The position numbers were made by a program, and so were the translations under genes. Below the pieces are notes generated by a model. The model was not told the DNA's origin, did not search any database, and saw nothing but the letters and a program-made list of their open reading frames with translations. A stretch of 62,272 nucleotides of DNA, filler included, from Sphacelaria rigidula (lineage: Eukaryota), in NCBI GenBank assembly GCA_964200075.2. It is 11 parts of 11 records of this genome, joined end to end, with 100 filler letters (N's around TTAATTAATTAA, not from the genome) between each part and the next. Parts side by side here need not be neighbours in the genome. Positions count along the whole stretch, not along the records: positions 51,033 to 56,602 come from CAXNAA020026238.1; positions 56,703 to 62,272 come from CAXNAA020026239.1; 9 more parts are not named here. The stretch is one strand, 5' to 3'. Position 1 is the stretch's first letter, and every line of letters starts with the position of its first letter. This document shows, piece by piece, positions 52,601 through 62,272 of the stretch.

Positions 52601-54382
52601 AAATGGAAAATCTACCTTTGTGATGCAGGGTGGGTTCATGATGACGTCGCTTCCTTTCGTGGAAAAAAAAAGAACAACTTGAACTACAGGACCTGTTGCC
52701 GCCCTCAACTTCTGCGTTTTCTCGGTAGAAAAGGAAGCGCTAGGCATCGACGAAAATATCGGCAGAAAAGAGAGCACTACGCACCTCTTCCTTTAAAATG
52801 TTGAAAGGTTGAAAATATCCAAATATCGCAACATGACCACGATTTTTCCTGCCCTGTACCTGTACGACCACTACTGTTGTACGGAGCAACTTGTCAACCA
52901 TTAGGTTATTGGCTCGCCGACAATACTGATTTTGAGTTTGCTTTAACCACAGGTGCGACCGTTACCGTAGTTCCCCTGATGACGACACAAAGCCCAGGCC
53001 ATGCGGTGTCTGGGTTTTGGCGTACTCTAACGATATCTCGAGTGCCATGTAAGGTTTGTCATTAGTGCTTTGATTTGAGTTTACACGGAAACCCACAATT
53101 TCCAGGCTTCGTAGACCCGTCCACTGGCGTTCGACCCCATGCAGGGCAAGATATGCATCGCGTGAGCCGGCGTGAGCGGCGAAGAGAGTTGGAGGTCATC
53201 ATCAAGAAACCATCGGCGAATGTGACATGTACAGAAGCCGAGTTTTTTCATGATATCAGCGAAAATAAAGCAACCCACGATCCCAGGACAGGGTGGTCCA
53301 TCTCTCTTGCACACGCGCGCACGAATGGTTTCATTATGGGTGCAGCTCTCAGGCCCCGTGCACTTCGAGCAAGACATGATTACCCGAGAAATTCAAACAC
53401 AACTGTTACCGTTTCAGAATACCCCAGTGTTCCTTCTTGGCCCTGCGTTTGAAAACGGTGGTGCGTGCTGCGGTACCTGCATGATACCCGCTGTTCCACG
53501 TCTCGTTCTTCCCAGAATACAACCAAAACAACAGTCGTTGCGAATCTTTGACATTGCCGACTCATACATGTTGCATATCGATCGGCGCCCTCATGCAGCT
53601 CCCACTGCATGTTGCTCCACATAACACGATGCAAAGCACAACCAGTTTGCCCCCTTGGCCACGGGCAGGTGTATCGATCATTACGGAAAAAGCCGAATCG
53701 AATAACGGGGGGAAAAAAGCTCGGCAAGTTTTTCATACCCCGGGGTCAGTGACAAGAGCGTACTGATACGAAACTCAGGTTTTGCAGATGGAACGGAGTT
53801 TGGCTATTTTCCTTTGCGTGCCATTTGTTTGGCTGCTGCTCTGCTGTCAGACTACTGCCGTATACCATACAGCTGTATGCTCCATCCACCACTCGCCTCC
53901 TGTTATATGCGACCCAGCAACGTCCCTACATCATGGAATATATCTTGTGCTCTAGCCCGCACACCCTTCCATACATGCATGTGATCCGTCAAAGAGTCGA
54001 CCGCAGTCAACGCCGTCTCAAAAACAGCAGTAGAGCAACAAATTGCCGTGGAGTCTGAGCGAGCACGTACGCAAAATCAGTATTTCCAGCTGCCCTTTTG
54101 CGGTAATATTACGCGACACAAACATACATGACCGCCACGGACTACATACAAGGCAGCAACACAGCCTCTGGCGTGATGGGCAGCAGAGATGAAAACATGG
54201 GCTATTCCGGTGTCTCGCAGCTCTGGCAGAGCAAACACGGATGCGAGCTTGGGACGTGTTTGCATTATTCACTTTTCTGTCTACAGGCATATATGTGCAC
54301 GGTACGAACGCAACAGCGGCGTGTGACAAAAATTGAAATCTTCCATGAGCACCCCACCCACCACGATACGATCGCCCAGTAC

Positions 54383-55337
54383 CTTCAAACTGCCGCCATC
54401 GAGTATTACGCAAGTATGAGCATCTCCTGCAGCCATAGCAACTACCGCAGAGGTGGAACCGATATCCACAGGATCTAGCGCATCGCCCATTGCCGCAGCG
54501 GAAGAACCTCGTGCATCCGTGTCGCCCAGCCCCAATTGACCGTATGTGTTCTGACCGAAACACTTTGTTCACGACGGAAAACGAATCGCATCGACACGAT
54601 GGAAACGGAGCAGCGGAGGGACAGCATCGCGTGATACTCTTATGAAATAGCCGCCCGCTGTTTATTCGTGTTCGAAAGTCGGGGTTGCAATGCGCTGTTC
54701 ACGGTCCGCATGAGGCTAGATTGAAAACACTGGCGGAATGATGGGGGCGAGAGGTGAGATGAAGCTGCATTTACAGCAAAATTGACGGTACAGGATAGCC
54801 TTGTCTGCGCAGTTGATGGTATGACGCCAGACTACAGACAGTACAGGAGTTTTGTGATATCTCTCGACAGGTGCGATTACTACAGCCAGAACCTTCGTGC
54901 GCGTCGAGAAAAGTGCACAGACGGTCTCAATCTTCAGCGAATACACATGAGATAACAAGGGAGAGGACGCGCCTGAACTAAGCCGCCACGGGCTCGTAAT
55001 GACATCGTTGCGTGTTGAGCACGAGAAACAACATCTACAGCCTCGGTGTCTGCTCGACCGCTGCTGCAGAGTTTTCCATGTGGCCGCTTTTTGCGATACA
55101 CACATGATACGCGATCTTTCTTCCGGGTTATCTCACTTCTTTCTCAGATCCTGTGACACACAACCGAGGCATCATGTCACTTCCTTCCTCACCCCGCTCC
55201 TCCGTGCTCCTATACCGCTCCTTCTCCTCTTCTCCCTATTCCCTCCCATCTCACCTTGAGAGACCCGTTGTCTAAAACAACGCAGGCGTGCTCGGACCCC
55301 ACCGCAAGCCCATTCACCATCACAAGGTCAATGCCTC
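54383..55337 (-). CDS. Two exons (55337-55255, 54562-54383) of an RCC1/UVR8-like repeat protein
   Basis: GLAVGSEHACVVLDNGSLK|CFGQNTYGQLGLGD...VVAMAAGDAHTCVILDGGSLK; classic RCC1 blades with AG/GT boundaries. Confidence 0.88.
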
Positions 55338-56399
55338 CTATTGCCACCCAAACGCCGAGCAAAAAACTTCGCCATCGTGAGGAGGATACGACTGCGCTGC
55401 CACCGTACTTGCAAGAAATCGAAGTAGCCATGGTGTAGATCAAAGCAAGGAGGCAGGTAGATGTAATCAGCTAGAAGAAATCAGTCCTCAAAACGATCGT
55501 CGTCTAGGGCATTCAGTGGGTACTCCAGTGGCTAGTCTGGGCACAGCAACCGTGACAGAGGCCGGCTGTATGGGATGTAAGTGAAGCGGGTTGTTGCTTC
55601 CTGGGAGAGATCAGTGTTGCGTCTCACAAAAAAAAACATATTTTTTTCCGTGAAAAATATAAATAGTTGAGAAGTTCCGTCAGCGCCCAGGAAAACGTTT
55701 ACGATGTTCCCCTGTTCAGAGTCTTGCTGCTAAATTGGTCGATTAGAATTTCGATATTTTCAAATTCGGAACCTTTCTCTAATTAGGAATAGACGACGAT
55801 TGCGGCATTGTACTAGATTTCGAGTCCTATATGTCACAGCACTGACTGTGCAGGTATCCATGTAAGACCTGAGTTGAACGTGAAATATCCATCTGTTGAC
55901 ATCCATCCCATCTCTCATGTGGAATGCTTCATAGGAATCAATCTGGGATATCACCCATGAAAAACCCTTAGATCGCGAGATTAGTCTTTCTCGATCATGC
56001 ATACTTTGTTTCACTTGAAATTGATGCCGATTCAACAGAAGACTAACCTCGTGGTCTAAGGGTTAAACTCCTGGAGTAAGCAGCTGTTCTAGCAGCTACT
56101 GCACCATTATTGGACAGCGTCAAGATCGGGATTGTTGCACCGGCTCCGAAACGAAAGTTACCCCTCCTTGTTAGAAGAGGTACGGTATAATATAGTATCT
56201 CAAACTCGAGGTTCGCAGTGAATTTATCTGTAAAATTCAGCAGGAATGACCTCGAGTTTGAGATACCTCCTTCGACCGCGAACGAAGAGGGTTGGATGTT
56301 GAGTGCCAGAGCAGCCCCGACGAACACCGTAGAAAGTCAAGTGAAGAGGTGCTCTTGGCATACAGTCATTCCACACATGCGGCCATTCGGCTCCTCTTT

Positions 56400-56602
56400 A
56401 GAAATCCTCTATCGTGATTTTCGTCCTCTGCAGGGTAAATGACCCTCTGAAGGGTAAAATACCCGCTAGAGGTGTTTCATCCCTCTGGAATGGACATAAA
56501 CGAATCCTCTGGAGGGATCTGATGCTCCAGTGACTTCTGAGGTCTGAAAACCCTCTAGAGGTGCTTGATCCCTCTGGAATGGACGTCAACGAATCCTCTG
56601 GA
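56400..56602 (+). repeat. Tandem repeat of about 90 bp, cut by the linker
   Basis: agaggtg.tt.atccctctggaatggac.t.aacgaatcctctgga twice. Confidence 0.7.
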
Positions 56603-57028
56603 NNNNNNNNNNNNNNNNNNNNNNNNNNNNNNNNNNNNNNNNNNNNTTAATTAATTAANNNNNNNNNNNNNNNNNNNNNNNNNNNNNNNNNNNNNNNNNN
56701 NNATTCCGCCTAGCTCTCTTTTGGGGCGTAACACGACGTAAAAGCTCCAAAAAGACAATTTTCCGGGTTTTTATTCTTGTCTATTATAGGAAGCGGCCTA
56801 AGCGAAGTTGCGTCAAACGGAGGTGGGGGACGAAAATTACCGTTCCACGCAGATTACCTTTTCAATTGCCACTACAGTAATTTAAAGTTGGATATTCCTT
56901 TTGGCCACACCACCCCCACAACATTTCCCTTTGCAACCTCTCCCTGTGTCGCATTTCAGTATGATGGCGACATGAAGGAGTTATACGCGCGGCCGATTAC
57001 TGTCGCTGTATTGCACCCGCCTGCGAGA

Positions 57029-57293
57029 GGGCACCAAACGCTGGGCGTTCTCACTCAACACTTCGATTTGGAGCATGATACCAGATGCAGATACACGCGC
57101 GGCCGATCACTGTCATTATAGACATGGGCAGCCGGAACTGGCTTTGTCATCCTTGTACATGGGCACCAAACGCTGGGCGTTCTCACTCAAGACGTCGATT
57201 TGGAGCATGATACTCGAGACGTAGATCATCCTTGTACATGTGCACCAAACGCTGGGCGCTCTCACGCAAGACTTCGATTTGTAGGATGATACT
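57029..57293 (+). repeat. Three direct repeats of about 53 bp
   Basis: gcaccaaacgctgggcg.tctcac.caa.ac.tcgatttg at about 57031, 57163 and 57242. Confidence 0.85.
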
Positions 57294-60039
57294 ACGTAGG
57301 CAGCCGCAACTGCTGTGTGTCCAGGTGTCCCTTAGAGCAGGATGCGTTTAGTTTCTGTTTGACGAAGTTATCTCCCAAAAAAACAAAATCAATAGGGTTT
57401 TAGAGTGGAAAAATCTAGTAAAAAAAGTCGCAAAAATCATGTCTCATAAATGGAGTAGCAAAAACCCGGTAAGTCGAATTTTTACCCGCAGCAGAAACCA
57501 AATTCACTCCGTGAAATTGGAAAAGATACCGCAAAAGCGAACACGGCCATGCTGACGATTCTCGAGGACTAGTGAGTAAGCTCATTCCCGTTTCTGATCA
57601 CCCCTGTATGACCGCATCCATCAAACGCTCAGTACTTCATGTTAGCCGGCTCTGATTCGAAGTTCTCTGATACTCACCATCATCTGACACAGTATGCATC
57701 TTTGGCCGGCCTCGTGCCATTTCGAGGGGAGTTGCCGTGGTCCTTCCTGCACGCACATCTCTGTGGATGATATTACTGGCTGACCATCGGAGCGATGGTT
57801 GCACCCGCCACATCTCTGTCCCTCACTACGGTTGCCGTCAATCTGTAGTTGCTAGTGGTATGTGGCCAGACACACTTATGCACGCGTTACCTCACACGCA
57901 ACTCCATACCCTTCAAGCACATTCAAACTGAATTCCACTACATACAGACCGAGAGCTGGAGAGGTACAAAATCCAGTTAGTACCTTACGCAGAGGTAGCA
58001 AACCCAGATTCCTCACAGAGAACGTTAGTCAGTGTGTTGTGTACTCTTACAGCTACAGTGTACGATGTATAACACGTATCATGTTACTACACTCTACCCC
58101 AGGCTGTAGCCGCAGCGTGCTCCTCAAGCGATAGCTTCACGTCTCCACCCATGTCCACGAAACGAAGTTCAGAGGACAGTACCTGCAACCACACGAGATG
58201 AAGCGAGCAAAACATTGTGGCGTTGTGGCAAGTTGGCTTCGGAACCATGGTGATTCGACAACAGTACAACCGCTGCATTGAAATATGTGTAGCATATCCT
58301 GACCATCGCTGACTTTATACAGGCTGGTTTACGCTGATCACCCCACATATTTTCATCCGCGCAACCTCACGCCGGTTTTGTTTGTTAGATTCTGAAAAAA
58401 CGTATAGATATACTTGGGGTCGTAACAGAACTTTGAATGGACGGCGATTTTTTATTTCGCCGGATATCGGGAGTTCCAGTTTTGGGGGGAAATTAGGGAA
58501 TGTACGCTCTTCTGGGACACGCGAGAACCGACGAGATGTGAAAACCGAAAACGGCCATAAAAAAATTGCAATGGCCCATAGTACACGCTTGCAACTTTTC
58601 AATCTTCACTCCAAAAACCAGCGTTAGGCTTCTCGAATGAGTGCGCCAAAGTGTACCGTGCCCAGTTCAACCTCCCGACTAGGTAAACGACTCCCATACA
58701 TCAGATGGTTGATTTCAGGAACGGAACTCGGTACAGATATCCCTTGTACTACCCCGGGACGCCTCTTGTTTTCCTTCGATGAGGTGTTTTGTACCGACTT
58801 CCAGGGTCTCCACGCCAAGACCCCCGGAAGCCGGTACCGTGCGGAGAAACTTTGTATCGGTTTTTAACAACATATCCTTCTATTTGGAGCACAAATATCT
58901 ACCGAACTGCAACGTTCGAGTGTCATCTCAGCTCCTCCACGACAGATGTAAGGGAAACCATCCGGAGGGTTACTGGGTCTCTGAGGTCTACCATCAGCAG
59001 AAATCCGACCACGCCAAAACCCCACATGACTGAAACACCACGGGTTGACATATCATTCGATCCCATAGTAACGTTTGTCAAATCCTTTTCTCCGTTAGAC
59101 TCCCGAGCTGGTGGCGGTTACTTAGCAATGAAGAATGTGGAGATCGGGTAGAAATTAGGTTGGGAATTCAAAAGTTAATCTCGGAACAATTTGAAGGCCG
59201 CTCATTGGTCGAGGCATATTTTCGCCCTCAGCACCACCCTCATGATCTTGAATAAAAAATTACAGATATCACCAACTTCAGCTATCCATGGCGGTCAGTA
59301 TGATACCATATACGCGACCACTGGGTAGTTATTGTGGAAGCCATTTGCTGATGACACAATGGGGGGTGATAAGCGTGAACCAGTGACGATACGGGAAAGG
59401 TGAGTCTACACCTGTGACCACGGGTTCGAGAGATCGGGCTAATGCGGAAATATGTATACTTTTCATCAATATTACTAACAGCATTAATGTCTCTCCGCTC
59501 CATACTTCGATTGGTATCGGAGTGACGTTCAAATCCATACTCAATCAAAATAGATGATCATCATTTTCGGCACAACTTCTACAACACGCTTTGACTATGA
59601 AGGAGAAAGCTGTCACTCTTCTCAATCACCCCGCACAAGCAGGCCAAAATATGACCAGTACCTAACGGTCAAGTTGTTTGTGTACCCAACAAATCTAAGA
59701 ACCCCGTATTCTGGAGTCTACCGATACTACTTACTGCATCCATGCACAGCAATCCAGTGTTTTGTGCTATTAATAGCGTCACGAACTACCTCCACCTAAC
59801 CAGGCCGGGACACCCATCGGGCAACGGGGGTCCGACCTACGTGCGCTGGTAGGACGCAGTGCGATGGGTGCTGGTACAAAAAATTATATTCTCAACAATG
59901 TGACGAAAAAGCGTGATTCGCTGCTGTTGAACGCTGTCATCTTACTTTCGGGTGATTGTCCCCGCGTGGGGTTCAAGAGTGGGGTGTCAAAATGCCTGCT
60001 AACGACGAACGAATACAGGAGGCTTGTCATCTTGATCGC

Positions 60040-60870
60040 TTCGCGCCCGCATCGCAGAACAGTCGATACGGCGAGGCAAACTACAGCACAACGAGGGTGA
60101 TTGCTGCATACTAAGGAAAGCTCACCGGCTTGCTTGTGTCCCTTGCGGGATTGGACGATCAGTGGTACGGTAGTACGGCAAGAGCACCGAGAGAGGAGAG
60201 TTCAAGCATGACGGGAAACGGGATAGACAACAGTGCAATACTAAGTAGTATTACACGCACAGACAGCAGAGCACTAGAGTTATGACAGTATGATAGCGGA
60301 CTGCAGTCGGTCTGACTTTTTGAATCGACAAGCAACGCATGATATCGTCACCAATCCTTCCACTAAACGAGCTGCAAAAGTCCGAGAGTCACACGGTCAC
60401 TGTAGTAAATTGTCTACTTCGCGCTCGCATCTAGAACAGTCGATATGGTGACACAAACCATAGCACAATACAAGGCAGTTTACCGGCTTGCTTGCGTCCC
60501 TTGCGAGATCAGATTATCAGCGGTACGGTATACGGCAATCCCGTACGCAATCCTCGACTAAACGACCTGGGAATGATCCCAGAGTCACCTCATTTGTCCA
60601 TGCAGCGAGCAGACAGTCGCTGGAGTCATGTTGTTTACTTCGCGCCCGTGTCACAGAACAGTCGATACGATAAGGCAAACTGCAGCACAACAAGGGTGAT
60701 TGCTGCATACAAAGCAATTTTTACAGACAGTAGAGTAACAGAGAACTACAACAATTACAGTGTTATAGTGGACTACAGCTGCTCTGAATTTTGAAATCGG
60801 CATGCACCGCACGATTTCGCAATCAATCCTGGACTAAACGAGCTGTAAATAGCCCCAGAGTCTACTTATC
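60040..60870 (+). repeat. Diverged direct repeat array
   Basis: cttcgcgc.cg...cagaacagtcgata...caaac..cagcacaa at about 60040, 60417 and 60639; actaaacga.ctg at about 60362, 60557 and 60833. Confidence 0.75.
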
Positions 60871-62272
60871 CGTCCTCTCAGCGGCCAGCACACGGTCACT
60901 ATAGTGGGCTATGCTCGCCTCTCAGGAGGACCGTTTCAAAGTTTGTCTCAATCAACCACCCCGTCCTTGGCGATCCATCGACCTTCATTGTTTTTCGTGA
61001 CAACTTTGGCTCGTCGCTCATACCCGCATTCGTGTACTGCATCACCTGAACTACATAGTGAAAGAAGACAAGAAAACGATAACGAGTCGCCTTCTCACCT
61101 TGTGAGTTTTGATTCAGTATTCCTATTTAATATTAGCGTAATGTCTCTCCGCTGGATACACAAATCAGTACATTTGCGTCTGCTTTTCCAATACTTTATC
61201 CGAACCACAAATGATCATTTTTGAGACAGTATTTTCATCCCTTCACCACCGCTACCGACCACCCTGGGGATCACTACTATATGTATAGATAAATCCAAGG
61301 CAAAACAACCACGCTGCTGAGGCTACCGATGGAGCTAATGCGCGCAGATTAGCAAGCGGTAGGCACTAATGCGCGTTCACACAACCCAACACAATCAGAG
61401 GTGAACCTGAGTAACTTGGTGCCCCTGCAAACCAAGAAACACAGCTCGGGCCGTAGCTGGTCATCACCTGAGCACGTTCTGCGTGGTCTTGCTCAAATCT
61501 CTCAAGAATTTAAAGAGAAACGATCGCGACACGCTCGTGCGAGCGGTCAGCAACGAAACATGCCCTCCAATATATACAGAACAAATTTTTGTCAAACGGA
61601 GGCTGCCGTGCGTAGCAAGGGATACCTCTAAGCGCATGGATTAGAAAGGAAATGCAACCTAGCGCACGTATTTGTGCGTGTTTTCTCGGGGCACGGTGTC
61701 TCCTGTGGCCCACACACGTTTTTCAGTCATGGCTGACTTTTGTGCATCAAATCAATTAAAGTAAATATGGAGCAACTAAACAGCAACAAGCATACTCATT
61801 CTGTGCAGTATAAATTCTGGGTAATGGTAGAGCGAACAGTTCATGACCCGTATGTATCACTGATATCAACGGTCAGCAATGACGGTACGAACGGATTTCC
61901 GTCCAACGAAGACTACCGTATGTACATCATAGCAAGGCTTACCGCTTGAACTAATGCGCGTACATCGCCAAGGAGAATGCAAGCTGATGCGCGTGACTGA
62001 TACGTGTCTGTGCGTGTTTTTCACACCCTGGACAATGGACACAATAATACTTCATTGCTTCAGCAATAGACACGGGGAAGAATCTATCGATACATATTAT
62101 CGAACACGATAGATGGTAAAAGACATCTATTGATATGCATTGCAAGGAACAATATATGTTGCAATAGTCGATCGATAGCCTATGGCAATTACAATAGATG
62201 AAGATCACTCGCCATCGATGGAAATGGTGTACCGCAATAGATTCTGGGTTGTATATATCGATAGCCATTGCC

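Noticed and set aside
59413..59445. tRNA-like GGTTCGA motif
   Set aside because: It has no pairable T-stem or cloverleaf.

Overview
This is not a contiguous locus. It is 11 equal slices of 5,570-5,571 bp, joined by ten identical 100-bp artificial linkers (N44-TTAATTAATTAA-N44), so nothing that crosses a linker is biologically linked. The slices are repeat-rich, intron-rich eukaryotic DNA, most likely from a brown alga or other stramenopile (inferred from a bipartite plastid-targeting exon, short exons in long GT-AG introns, and the repeat types). Most six-frame ORFs are spurious. By reading splice sites I reconstruct exons of an LRRC9-like LRR protein, an unknown 6-exon minus-strand gene, a PDZ-like protein, a pheophytinase-like alpha/beta hydrolase, a plastid-targeted protein, a Fea1-like low-iron-inducible protein and an RCC1-repeat protein. 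Mobile DNA comprises a truncated Ty1/copia element (LTR, PBS, gag), a gypsy pol relic, a hAT-like element with a nested TIR element, and several MITE or foldback families. The most notable pattern is a LINE and a ~320-bp SINE-like partner that share a 3' end and terminate in oligo-C rather than poly(A). Two sense LINE copies end just upstream of 3' splice sites. I found no CRISPR array, rRNA, tRNA or single coherent novel multi-gene system. Family names come from motif recognition, not database searches.
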